A DNA stretch of 62,283 nucleotides from Fibrobacteria bacterium. GTDB taxonomy: Bacteria > Fibrobacterota > Chitinivibrionia > Chitinivibrionales > FEN-1185. Under the pieces are notes generated by a model, which saw nothing but the letters and a program-made list of their open reading frames with translations, was not told the DNA's origin and did not search any database. The stretch covers positions 1 through 62,283 of the forward strand of contig JBBIGR010000030.1 of the NCBI GenBank assembly GCA_037447435.1. The letters are read 5' to 3'. This document shows, one piece after another, positions 39,782-49,551 of this stretch. Each line of letters opens with the position of its first letter. Position 1 is the stretch's first letter. Position numbers and translations under genes: made by a program.

Positions 39782-40006
39782 TTACCAGGAAACTTTTTCA
39801 TAGGAAATGATTTTTTTAATAGGAGTTTTGGTCCATTTATCGCCCCATGTTCGTTTTTGAAGAATAGCGACTTCGTCGAGACGTTGGGAAGGGGTCATTG
39901 TTTGCATCCGAAGAATTTCAAATTGATTTTCTTCTTCAAGAGAAGTAAACACTCTTATCTTAAGGGATCGTTTATGAGGAATATGCTTTTTCATAGCCTT
40001 AAACAA
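39782..40006 (-). CDS. small hypothetical protein coupled to the nucleotidyltransferase
   Basis: FTSLEEEN...MTPSQRL motif; stop is 2 nt before the downstream ATG. Confidence 0.65.
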   Translation of the reverse strand: MFKAMKKHIPHKRSLKIRVFTSLEEENQFEILRMQTMTPSQRLDEVAILQKRTWGDKWTKTPIKKIISYEKVSW

Positions 40007-40263
40007 ACCGTATTTGAGGTATTCTCATTTTTTTGATTTTAAAAATATAATTATCGCCCGAACCCGCGTTTCCCCATCGCCATAGCCTTGGATGACATGT
40101 TGCTGCGGCATTTTATAAAAAGATACAGGCTTGCCTGGAAAGCATTTAAATTTATACTTATGGTAATCCGTGCTTCCCAACTGGATAATTTTAGCTGAGA
40201 TCATATCTTTGCGCGGATATTTTCTATAGGTACTAATTTAAACCGGATTAATCGGGAGTGACA

Positions 40264-43200
40264 ATGAAACGCATTGCATCATGCGTCCTCGTCTTCATAT
40301 TTGTTAACATTGCAGTTGCCTTTAATCATCCTGAAATCAAATGGCGGTCGGTATCGACGGCGCATTTCATCATTAATTATTACGATAGAACCGAGCCTGC
40401 CGTTTACGCGACCTGGAAAATTGCCGAAGAGGCGTATGCGTCGTTATCGTCTTTATACGACTATACCGAGAAAGATAAAATTGCCATTTCGCTTGCCGAT
40501 TACGACGATTACGCCAACGGGTTCGCATCATGGACCAACGGCAGTATTTTAATTTGGGTCACCGATATCCGCTTCGATTTGCGGGGAAACAATACCTGGC
40601 TCAACAATGTCGTCACCCATGAATTGTCCCACATCATGACCCTCGAGAAAACGCAAAGAAAACAATTATTGGACTGGGTCTTTTCTTTTGCCTATACCTC
40701 GCCCGGGGTTTCGGTAGACCTTTCGGAACCGTTTGCCACAACAAGGTTTTTCCCCGAATGGGTCACGGAAGGAATTGCTCAAAGAGAATCGGAACGGCGG
40801 GGCAACGATTGCTGGGACACAAAACGAGATATGTTGCTTCGCGACGCGGTACTGTCGAACAAGGCATTATCGCTTGCGGAAATGGGGCATTTCAATCATA
40901 ATTCGACGGGCAACGAATTGGTGTATAACCAGGGATTTTCTTTCATCCGATACATCGAAGATAAAATCGGCATCGCCGGCATAACCGCAATATTCAATAA
41001 CGGCCGCAAAGGCGCCTTGATATCGGATAATTTTTATTCAGCGTTCGAAGACCAGACCGGACGATCGCTCGACGGTTTATACGTGAAATGGATGGATAGC
41101 CTGAAAGCGGTATACAAAAAGCGGATTCCGCCAAACCCCACGCAAACACAAACGGTTTGGAACAGGGGTTTTATCAATGCAATGCCGAAAATATCTTCGA
41201 ACGGAAAGTATTGGGGATGGCTGACCAACGACGGCGACGACGGATCCAGGACCGACCTGGTGATAGCCGAATACGGAAAATCCGAACCGGTAATGACCGT
41301 CGAATGGGCGTTGACATCATGGGATTTTTCGGCAGACGGCAAACGGGTGTACTTCGTCAAATCGCATGAGACATCGGACAACGGTTCCTATTTTAACGAC
41401 CTGTATGTCGCGGACATAAATGACAAATCCGAAAAGCGACTGACCCGCGGGGCAAGGATTTATGATATCGCAGCCTGTCCGGACAATCAACGGCTTGCGG
41501 CGGTGCAATACGGAGACGGCGCTTTTTCGATCGTCACGATGGGCTTAGACGGATGCTGCCGGGAAACGGTGGCAAAGGGCGTTATCGGGCAGCCGTTCGT
41601 CGGGCTTTCTTTTTCTCCGGTAAAAAGCGCGTTCCCCGCACCGGTTATGGCTGCAATGCCCGACGGCGCAAAGCAGGACAGCACAAAAGCGAACCCGACG
41701 GCTCCTTTACAAAACAGTACGGAAGAGACCCGGGAATTTTTGCTCGCGACGAGTAAATTCATCAACGGAAAAGCGACGCTGCAGATCATAGGATATGCAA
41801 GCAAAAAGGTGCTGTCTATAGGCTCCGGCATCGCGCAGGAAGAATATCCGCAATGGTCGAAAGACAATCGGATTTACTTTGACGCGGATTACGACGGGAC
41901 ATTCAATATTTATTCAATTTCAAATGACGGATCCGATTTACGCAAACATACCGATGCCCGCATAGCAATGACCTATCCGTTCATAGACAATAACGGCAAA
42001 ATCCTGAGCGCGGAATATAGCAATTGCGCGTTTTCCATTGTTTCGACGCCGCTTACCGCCGGGACCCCGGTTTCGGTGGCCTCCAAACAATACGGCTGTA
42101 CCTATCAGGACCTTCCCAGGCCCAAAGGGGAAGTTACCATAAAGAGCAGGCCCTACGAAGCAAAATTGCTGCGAAGCGTATGGGAGTTGCAAAGTGCGCT
42201 CCAAATAACCGATCCGTACGGGACAATGGGCAAGGCCATACAAAAGACAAGCATCGACAAATGGTTCGACAGCACCGATGTCACGGCGGTGACGGGTTTT
42301 GCCATGAGCAGGTCCGACGCGTTGGAAAAGAAATCGCTTACGTTCGGAATAATGGGCGCCGCTGTCCATTCCGGATTTGTCCGGGACTCATCGAAGGATT
42401 CGGTAGGCAATAATTTTTCGGCCTTGGGAAAGTACAATAAATACGAATATCTTTCACTGTTGACGGGAAATAATAAGGAAAACCTGGCGCAAACCACCGG
42501 GAGAAGCTTTTCCAAAAGCCTTCCCGTTGCGGAATACCTTTTGCGCAATAGTCGCTTTAGTCAAAATGCGTCGTCCGATTCGGGCAGTTCCGCAAAGCAA
42601 AGCTGGCTGCCTCTTTTAGGCCCTTCCATAAGCTATTTGAATAATAAAACAGCGGTCAGTTTCGGTTTCAATGCGAATGTGACCGTTCTCTATTTTATTC
42701 CGTATATTTTCCAATTGCAAACTTTGGCGACATGGCAAATCTCCCGCGATTTTTACGCAGGCATTTTCCCGTCTATCGAGGTTATTCCCATAATGGGATT
42801 TTTGGTGCCGCAGGCCATGCTTCCCGTTGTCGTCGCCTATTCCACTTCCGGTTATGTCAATACCGACGAAAGCTATAACCTTGCCGATATTTCGCAAGTG
42901 CAATTGGCATTGATCCCCGAATCGTTTATGTACAGTGTTTCCACCGGTATCAAAGATTCCACGGAAACCAGACAAGGAAGCGGAACAACGGTTTCGCTAT
43001 CCGCAATGCACGGATTCGGCATATTGAAATATTCATCGATAGTGGTGAGTACCGAAGACAGCTATACCGGTCTTTCGGAAAAGTTAAACGATCCGCAAGG
43101 GTTGTTGCCGGGATATTCGAACGAATATTATTCGATGAACGCCGGAGTTTCGCTGGTGTTTCCGTTGTGGCGACAAATTAATGCAGGGCCTGCCTATGCC

Positions 43201-43449
43201 GATGCTTTGTACGGCGACATCGGCTACGATCTCCAGGTGTATACGAATTCCTCCACGCAAAAAGAGCCGTTTTCAAAAGCATTTACGAATTCGAACTGGG
43301 ACACTAACCATGTTTATGTCGGTCATGTATTTTCTGCAGGTGTAAAATTGGGATTTTTCAAGTCCTTTATTTTTGGACGCTTATTATCGGCACGAACGTA
43401 TTGGGATGCTTTTAATAAGAAGTATGGATTTAAATTGTCGGTAAATTAG
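40264..43449 (+). CDS. exported protein: gluzincin-type peptidase domain + TolB/WD40-like propeller + probable C-terminal beta-barrel
   Basis: WRSVSTAHFIINY, VTHELSH, PEWVTEGIA, FSADGKRVYF and PQWSKDNRIYF repeats, beta-rich C-terminus; ATG 40264 follows GGGAG. Confidence 0.8.
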   Translation: MKRIASCVLVFIFVNIAVAFNHPEIKWRSVSTAHFIINYYDRTEPAVYATWKIAEEAYASLSSLYDYTEKDKIAISLADYDDYANGFASWTNGSILIWVTDIRFDLRGNNTWLNNVVTHELSHIMTLEKTQRKQLLDWVFSFAYTSPGVSVDLSEPFATTRFFPEWVTEGIAQRESERRGNDCWDTKRDMLLRDAVLSNKALSLAEMGHFNHNSTGNELVYNQGFSFIRYIEDKIGIAGITAIFNNGRKGALISDNFYSAFEDQTGRSLDGLYVKWMDSLKAVYKKRIPPNPTQTQTVWNRGFINAMPKISSNGKYWGWLTNDGDDGSRTDLVIAEYGKSEPVMTVEWALTSWDFSADGKRVYFVKSHETSDNGSYFNDLYVADINDKSEKRLTRGARIYDIAACPDNQRLAAVQYGDGAFSIVTMGLDGCCRETVAKGVIGQPFVGLSFSPVKSAFPAPVMAAMPDGAKQDSTKANPTAPLQNSTEETREFLLATSKFINGKATLQIIGYASKKVLSIGSGIAQEEYPQWSKDNRIYFDADYDGTFNIYSISNDGSDLRKHTDARIAMTYPFIDNNGKILSAEYSNCAFSIVSTPLTAGTPVSVASKQYGCTYQDLPRPKGEVTIKSRPYEAKLLRSVWELQSALQITDPYGTMGKAIQKTSIDKWFDSTDVTAVTGFAMSRSDALEKKSLTFGIMGAAVHSGFVRDSSKDSVGNNFSALGKYNKYEYLSLLTGNNKENLAQTTGRSFSKSLPVAEYLLRNSRFSQNASSDSGSSAKQSWLPLLGPSISYLNNKTAVSFGFNANVTVLYFIPYIFQLQTLATWQISRDFYAGIFPSIEVIPIMGFLVPQAMLPVVVAYSTSGYVNTDESYNLADISQVQLALIPESFMYSVSTGIKDSTETRQGSGTTVSLSAMHGFGILKYSSIVVSTEDSYTGLSEKLNDPQGLLPGYSNEYYSMNAGVSLVFPLWRQINAGPAYADALYGDIGYDLQVYTNSSTQKEPFSKAFTNSNWDTNHVYVGHVFSAGVKLGFFKSFIFGRLLSARTYWDAFNKKYGFKLSVN

Positions 43450-43456
43450 TGCCGGT

Positions 43457-43524
43457 AGGGGCTCTGCCCCTAAGACCCCGTAGGGAAAATGCTTATTATA
43501 GCCACGGGCCGCTAACGCGGCCCT
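43457..43524. repeat. short intergenic hairpins (REP-like)
   Basis: AGGGGC-tct-GCCCCT, similar in inverse orientation to AGGGGCGGAGCCCT at ~185-198, and GGGCCGC-taac-GCGGCCC. Confidence 0.45.
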
Positions 43525-43574
43525 GGAAGAAATAAAATCAATTACAACGAATCAAACTTTTGGGAGAAGGTTGC

Positions 43575-44774
43575 TTGAAATTCTTGCTTGTTTATCCGAA
43601 ATGGCCCAAGTTACCGTATCAGACCGAATTCCATTTGCCGCCGCACGGGCCGGTTGTCATGGCGGCCGAAATTCCCGCATGGGCGGATGTTACCTTTGCC
43701 GATGAAAATGTCGGGGAAATTCCATTCGACAAACAATGGGACTTTGTCGGGATATCGGTCATGTTAACCTGCCAAGTGGCGCGCGCGCTTGAAATCGCCG
43801 ATGCCTTTCGCGCTAAAAAAGTACCGGTCATTTTCGGCGGAATATCCACCATGCTTCACAGTGAAGAAATGATAAAACACGGGGACAGCGTTTTTTTGGG
43901 CGAAGTCGAAGGCCGATTGGAACAGGTGTTTACCGATGCGGCGAATAAAGCATTAAAACCGATGTACAATTACCTTAACAATTTCCCCGATATATCCCTT
44001 GTCGGCCCTGCGCGCCGGAGCATTTTGGACCATAAGAAATACGAATATAAAGGCACGCGCATGGTCGATTTGTTCCATGCATCGCGCGGCTGCAAATTCA
44101 ATTGCTTTCCCTGCTGCACGCCGTATCTCGGCGGCAGGCAATTTAGGCCCCGCCCCATAGACAAAGTCGTCGAAGAGCTTGCGACAATAGATAATGACGG
44201 GCTCTTTGTGGTGGACAATTCCCTGGCCCAGGACAAACAATGGGAACTTGACCTATTTAAGGCCATGGTCCCTTTTAAAAAGCATTGGTGCTGCCATCCC
44301 ATTGAAGATGACGACGCAGTTTTAAAGGCCGCGGGCGAAGCAGGGGCCTGGTACGTGTATCAGGCGGTGTTCGACACATCGGATTATATCCGCAACAGGG
44401 TGAAACGATATAGAGACCACGGCATCGGCGTCGAAGGCACCATTATCCTCGGTACGGACGATCATACCGAAGACAGCATCAAACGGCTGGTCGATTTCCT
44501 TTTGGAAATAGACCTTGATTTAGCGGAATTTACGGTTCTCACGCCGTTTGCACATACTCCCATCCGTGCGGAGCTCGAAGCGTCGGGTAGGATACTTACA
44601 AACGATATGTCGCGCTATACGGCAGGCGAAGTCGTATTTAAGCCGAAAAACATGAGCCCCGAAAAACTGCAGTCCCTGTACGAGTATGCCTGGACCACCT
44701 TTTACAAAGACGAACCCCAGCGTTATAAAATGTATAAGCTTTTTAAAAGGGTGATGGATAAAAAGGCGGCATGA
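43575..44774 (+). CDS. cobalamin-binding radical SAM enzyme
   Basis: N-terminal B12 domain (DEN, VGISVM, VIFGGIS, FLGEVEG), SRGCKFNCFPC = CxxxCxxC, RPRPIDKV; probable TTG start at 43575 after GGAG. Confidence 0.92.
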   Translation: MKFLLVYPKWPKLPYQTEFHLPPHGPVVMAAEIPAWADVTFADENVGEIPFDKQWDFVGISVMLTCQVARALEIADAFRAKKVPVIFGGISTMLHSEEMIKHGDSVFLGEVEGRLEQVFTDAANKALKPMYNYLNNFPDISLVGPARRSILDHKKYEYKGTRMVDLFHASRGCKFNCFPCCTPYLGGRQFRPRPIDKVVEELATIDNDGLFVVDNSLAQDKQWELDLFKAMVPFKKHWCCHPIEDDDAVLKAAGEAGAWYVYQAVFDTSDYIRNRVKRYRDHGIGVEGTIILGTDDHTEDSIKRLVDFLLEIDLDLAEFTVLTPFAHTPIRAELEASGRILTNDMSRYTAGEVVFKPKNMSPEKLQSLYEYAWTTFYKDEPQRYKMYKLFKRVMDKKAA

Positions 44775-45973
44775 AACCCCTCGATGTTTGCATAAGCGGA
44801 ATGGGCATAGTTTCGGCGCTGGGAAGCGGTTGTACCGATCATGTCGATGCGATCGTTCAATCGAAAACAGGCTTATCGAAACAATCGTTTTTTGAAAATG
44901 CATATGCCGCCGAATTTATTTGCGGTCCGGTTTCCCAAAAAATCTGCACGTATTCGATAGAAGAAAGCGCTGCGGACAGGGCAAATATTTTTTGCGAAAT
45001 CGCAAGCAGGCAGGCGCTGCATCAAGCTTGCGTAACAAACGCTGCAAAAGAAAAAGTCGACGTCGTCATCGGCACCACCTCGGGAAATTTTCACGGCGCA
45101 AGCCGATATTATGCGCAAAAACGGAGCAACGGTAATCCGAATGTTTCGCTGGTCGCGAATTTCGTGCCCGCCTCGGTCGCCGATCGTACGGCAGCGGCAA
45201 ATTCGCTATTGGGAAAATTGCTCACCGTGTCGTCGGCATGCGCATCGGGAACGACGGCAATCGGCCGCGCTTTCAGAATGATAAAAAACAAGCGCGCGCA
45301 ATGCGTTTTGGCGGGCGGGGTAGACGTACTGTGCCCGTTCATTGTCGCGGGCTTCAATTCCTTGCGTTTACTTTCGAAAAAGCATTGCAGTCCGTTCGAT
45401 GCGAACAGAGACGGGTTCAATCCCGGCGAAGCATGCGCAATGGTCGTGGTGGAAACCGTCGAATCCGCACTGTCGCGCGGGGCGGTTCCGCTGGCGCGTA
45501 TTTGCGGGTACGGCGAAGGGCTCGAGGCTTTCCATCATACGCGATCCAACCCGGACGGTACGGGCATAGCCTCCGTCGTGAAAAAAGCGATCGAAAGCGC
45601 GGACATGTCGTTGGACCGCATAGACCACATTCATTGTCACGGGACCGCAACGCAGTTTAACGATATGTCGGAATACAACGGATTAAAATTGCTGTTCGGA
45701 GATTCCCTGAAAAACATTCCGGTATGTTCTTCAAAATCAATGACCGGCCATACGCTGGGAGCGGCAGGAGCATTGTCGGCCATTTTGGCGATTCTTTGCA
45801 TGCAAAACAGCATTGTACCCGCAACATTGTTCCATAACGACCTCGATCCGCAATTTGCGGATTTGTTCGTACAAAAAACCCCTTTGAAAAAAGATCTGCG
45901 CCGCGTTTGCACGACATCGCTGGGCTTTGGCGGTGAAACCGCTTCATTGATTTTGGAAAGGGCCGATCTATGA
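44771..45973 (+). CDS. beta-ketoacyl-ACP synthase (FabF / type II PKS KS)
   Basis: SSACASG (Cys), HCHGTAT and GHTLGAAG (His, His), SLGFGG; ATGA overlap with the radical SAM stop. Confidence 0.95.
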   Translation: MKPLDVCISGMGIVSALGSGCTDHVDAIVQSKTGLSKQSFFENAYAAEFICGPVSQKICTYSIEESAADRANIFCEIASRQALHQACVTNAAKEKVDVVIGTTSGNFHGASRYYAQKRSNGNPNVSLVANFVPASVADRTAAANSLLGKLLTVSSACASGTTAIGRAFRMIKNKRAQCVLAGGVDVLCPFIVAGFNSLRLLSKKHCSPFDANRDGFNPGEACAMVVVETVESALSRGAVPLARICGYGEGLEAFHHTRSNPDGTGIASVVKKAIESADMSLDRIDHIHCHGTATQFNDMSEYNGLKLLFGDSLKNIPVCSSKSMTGHTLGAAGALSAILAILCMQNSIVPATLFHNDLDPQFADLFVQKTPLKKDLRRVCTTSLGFGGETASLILERADL

Positions 45974-47028
45974 ACGCCGTCGCGATAACCGGCATTGGCC
46001 TTATCGTTCCCGCAGGAACGGATTTGACCGCTTTACAAGGGCCTATGCAGCAAAACGGACAAATTGCCGCAATCCCGCAGATCGACGGGTTGTCGAGAAA
46101 CGATGCGCGGAGAATGTCGAAGCTTACCAGGTATTCGATATTTGCGGCGAATGCCGCGTTGCGCATGAGCGGCAATTCTTCCGAAGCAATGAGCATTTAT
46201 GTCGCCTTGACTCATGGATCGGCATCGCTGCTCGAAGAATTCCATAATTATTTATTCGACTATGGGCCCGATATGGCTTCACCGAATACCTTTTCGAACG
46301 GCGTTACCAATGCGCCGCTATCCTCGGTTTCCGCATTTTCTCAAATCAAGCAAGGCGGGACCACGATTTTAGGGTATGAAAACGCGGGCCTCGATGCGCT
46401 TACCTATTGCGCCAATGCAATAATCGATAACGAGCACGACGCATGCATTGTAGGAGGGTCGGAAGAATATTCGGAAACCGTTTTAGATGCATATAAAAGA
46501 TGCGGATGGTATAACACATTGAATCCCGAGTATTTACCGTATGAATTAAAAACCGGAGACCATAAAACCGGCTTTGGCGTGAGTGAGGGAAGCGCTTTTT
46601 TTACCATCGAGTCTTTATCTCATTGTAATAACCGTAATGGCAAGGTATTATGCCATTTTATGCCCATAAATCTTGAAAAAGATGATGTAACTGCGGATAT
46701 CGTTATTTGCGGGTGCGGCGCCGGTCCTCAAGACGGATATGAACTTGATATTCTTGAGGATATAGCAATAAAAAATAACGGAAACAAGCCTGTCTTGTTG
46801 TTTTCGAAGCCGTTTTTTGGAGAATCTTTCGCTTTGGGCTCACTGTTGTCGTGTTGCATGGCTGTGGATGTTTTAAAAAACAACTCGGAATATGCATCGT
46901 ATGCGATGAACCCCGATATTATTCAACAGTTTAAACCGAAAAACGATTCACGCCATAAAAACGTTTTAGTAATTGCAGCTGGAAAGAACGGGCAGATTTC
47001 CGCAGGAATGTTTTTTAAGGAAAAGTAA
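45970..47028 (+). CDS. catalytically degenerate ketosynthase paralogue (chain-length-factor-like)
   Basis: RRMSKLTR, SPNTFSNGVTNA, SEGSAFF, KPFFGESF; Cys position reads ENAG and both His are absent; ATGA overlap. Confidence 0.85.
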   Translation: MNAVAITGIGLIVPAGTDLTALQGPMQQNGQIAAIPQIDGLSRNDARRMSKLTRYSIFAANAALRMSGNSSEAMSIYVALTHGSASLLEEFHNYLFDYGPDMASPNTFSNGVTNAPLSSVSAFSQIKQGGTTILGYENAGLDALTYCANAIIDNEHDACIVGGSEEYSETVLDAYKRCGWYNTLNPEYLPYELKTGDHKTGFGVSEGSAFFTIESLSHCNNRNGKVLCHFMPINLEKDDVTADIVICGCGAGPQDGYELDILEDIAIKNNGNKPVLLFSKPFFGESFALGSLLSCCMAVDVLKNNSEYASYAMNPDIIQQFKPKNDSRHKNVLVIAAGKNGQISAGMFFKEK

Positions 47029-47105
47029 GCTGTATGGATCCAATTTCCGAAGCTTGTTTCTGCGCTTTCGCCTCACCCCGGCTTTCAGCCACCTCTCTGC
47101 GCTTG

Positions 47106-47357
47106 TTATGCCGCTCTAAGCTTTTCCTTAATCCATTCGTGAACAAGATCAGAGTCTGAAAGCCCTTTTTTACGGGCGATTTGTTCGATGGATTCAAATT
47201 CATTTGAATCGAGGTTTACATTTACGCTTATATGTTGTTCGAAAACAGATTCCTTTACTTCTTCAAGTTCATTTTCAAAATCAGTTAAATCGTGTTTGTC
47301 CCAAAACTCGGCTAATTCGCGAATTGAATCTGTTGTGGGTAATTCTGTTTTTTTCAT
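47106..47357 (-). CDS. BrnA/CopG-like (ribbon-helix-helix) antitoxin
   Basis: DSIRELAEFWDKHDLTDFE, IARKKGLSDSDLVHEWIKEKL. Confidence 0.85.
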   Translation of the reverse strand: MKKTELPTTDSIRELAEFWDKHDLTDFENELEEVKESVFEQHISVNVNLDSNEFESIEQIARKKGLSDSDLVHEWIKEKLRAA

Positions 47358-47495
47358 GATTCTCTCCATTTTTTATATCGTTTCTTTTCTCCCTCAGTCA
47401 TATCTCGAGCTGTAACAGGATATCCTTTACCATCAGGAAATTGAATAATAATGCAAAGAAGAAAGCATCCTAATCAGCACCGTTTTCCCAAACAA
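47354..47495 (-). pseudogene. 3' remnant of a BrnT-like toxin gene
   Basis: manual translation gives GCFLLCIIIQFPDGKGYPVTARDMTEGEKKRYKKWRES*, stop overlapping the antitoxin ATG (ATGA); in-frame TGA just upstream and no 5' half. Confidence 0.75.
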
Positions 47496-47524
47496 CGGTC
47501 TGGAGTTCCGGATCACTTTTTTTC

Positions 47525-48439
47525 TTATTTAGCCTTATTCTTAATAAACGTACCGTTATTGAATTCTTCAAAAGCTACTTCGAGTTCCTCGCGGGTGTTC
47601 ATGACGATGGGCCCGTACCAGGCAACGGGTTCACCGATCGGTTTACCGGAAATCAAAAGAAAACGCACCGGTTCGCTATCGGTAGACACATAGAATTGGT
47701 CTCCGTCGCCCAAAAGAACCAATGTTCCGTTACCGAGAAAAGGGTCCTGCGCAAAGTCGAAATAATTCTCGCCTTCAATATCGTATGCAAAGGGACTTTT
47801 TTCGGAACAAAACGATCCCTTTCCTTCTATAACATAGGCAAAAACGGTATGCCCTCTGGTCGTCGCATGAGAAAATTCGGAATGAGCGCCTACGGTAACG
47901 TCCAGATATTCCGGGGAAGTTACGATATCGGTTACCGGACCGGTCGTACCGTTTACTGTTCCCGCAATGACCTTGATCTTGACATTTCCCGGTACCGTGA
48001 CCGAAGGGATTTGTGCAGCGGTCAAGCCCCGATATCGCGGGTCCATCATTTTGTGGGAAGCGGGAAGATTCGCCCAAAGCTGAAAGCCGTACATATGACC
48101 GCTTGCATCGCCTTTCGGCATTTCCTGATGAATGATGCCGCTGCCGGCAGTCATCCATTGCACATCGCCGGTGCCGATGACGCCGGAATTACCCATACTG
48201 TCTCCGTGTTCGACATCGCCCGAAATAACATAGGTGATTGTTTCGATTCCGCGATGCGGATGCCAGGGAAATCCTTTGAGAAAATAACGTGGTTCCGAAG
48301 AACGGAAATCGTCGAACAAAAGAAACGGATCAAACAAAGGTACTTCGGCATTGCCGAAGGCCCGATGCAAATGAACTCCCGCACCTTCGATTGTGGGTTT
48401 GCTCCGAAAAACTTTTTTGATTTTCCTGATTTCCTTCAT
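47525..48439 (-). CDS. pirin family protein
   Basis: EGAGV, DPFLLFD, GFPWHPHRGIETITY, QWMTAGSGIIHQE, QLWANLP, YGPIVMNT. Confidence 0.97.
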   Translation of the reverse strand: MKEIRKIKKVFRSKPTIEGAGVHLHRAFGNAEVPLFDPFLLFDDFRSSEPRYFLKGFPWHPHRGIETITYVISGDVEHGDSMGNSGVIGTGDVQWMTAGSGIIHQEMPKGDASGHMYGFQLWANLPASHKMMDPRYRGLTAAQIPSVTVPGNVKIKVIAGTVNGTTGPVTDIVTSPEYLDVTVGAHSEFSHATTRGHTVFAYVIEGKGSFCSEKSPFAYDIEGENYFDFAQDPFLGNGTLVLLGDGDQFYVSTDSEPVRFLLISGKPIGEPVAWYGPIVMNTREELEVAFEEFNNGTFIKNKAK

Positions 48440-48470
48440 GGCATGTTCCTTTGTTGTTAAAAATTGTTAG

Positions 48471-48528
48471 ACCCCTTCCGCCTCCGGCACCTTCCCCTTA
48501 ACCAAGGGGAAGGGAAGGGTAGGGGTGA
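48471..48528. repeat. REP-like palindromic element
   Basis: CCTTCCCCTT-aacc-AAGGGGAAGG (48490-48513) followed by GGGTAGGGGTGA, resembling 113-150. Confidence 0.55.
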
Positions 48529-48771
48529 ATTTATCTTTTAATTATTGGGCTAATTAGTTAGCAACAAATACGCCAAACAATAATTTTGTAATGAAATAAT
48601 TATAACTATCGCCGATTTGTATTAAAAATTATTAATTCTGAGAAAATCCATTTTTAATTATAGGAATTCCTAAAGGCGCCGGTCCCATCAAAAAAAATAA
48701 TAATTGTTTATTCTTTTCCCGTTTATCATATTGAAATTATCATTCCCCTCTTAAAATAAGGATGCTCTATC

Positions 48772-49551
48772 ATGACGATATCAATAGAAGTATTATTGGT
48801 AATTGAATCGGAAATAGCGGCATTAACTCCTGAAAAATATCGCCGCCCGGCCATAAGGTTTGACGTTTTTATGGACGAATATGGAAAAAATCTTATCCAG
48901 GCGGAACGGGATAAAGATAAACTTATTGCAACGCAATTCGATTGGACAAAAATGGAAAAGTTCCGCGGTTATTCGGAACTATTAACCATTGCTCATGGAG
49001 AACGAATAGGGTGTGGGGCGGCAATTATTAAAAAACCGCCCGAATATTCGGCAAAAATGGCGGTGGTGAAGGCCGACAGGCGATACCTGTTTCGAATTGC
49101 CAGGCATATTGCGGACATGAGCAACGATAAAAACGTGAAACAATCCTATAGTGCCATAAGTAAAGGAACCGGCGAACTTGATATCCTCAACGACATTCTT
49201 TCTTTAGTGCATTTTATACGCAGGTTTCCGGAATATGCCCAAGAGATATCGCCTAGCGGCATAAAAATCAACGAGGAGTATATGGACAAAGCAATAGGCC
49301 GCGCCAAAGAAGTATTTGTATTGCGCGGTGATGTGATAAAAAAAGGCGAGCTGAGAAATAAGAATACAGACCGACAAAACCGGATTCTTACCCTTTGTCT
49401 TAATGCGCAATCCGAAATTAAAAAATTCGCGGATTTCGCGTTCTATGAAAATCCGGAATATTACAGGACTTATTATGCAAGCAAAGCGCGCAAACAATCT
49501 AAAGCATCGGTACCCGTACCGATGGCAGAATCCGTTGTCGCGGCAAAATAA
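48772..49551 (+). CDS. hypothetical helical protein
   Basis: 259-aa ORF with AAGGA RBS; no motif recognised. Confidence 0.75.
   Translation: MTISIEVLLVIESEIAALTPEKYRRPAIRFDVFMDEYGKNLIQAERDKDKLIATQFDWTKMEKFRGYSELLTIAHGERIGCGAAIIKKPPEYSAKMAVVKADRRYLFRIARHIADMSNDKNVKQSYSAISKGTGELDILNDILSLVHFIRRFPEYAQEISPSGIKINEEYMDKAIGRAKEVFVLRGDVIKKGELRNKNTDRQNRILTLCLNAQSEIKKFADFAFYENPEYYRTYYASKARKQSKASVPVPMAESVVAAK

Noticed and set aside
47696..48460. 254-aa plus-strand ORF
   Set aside because: Antisense shadow of pirin
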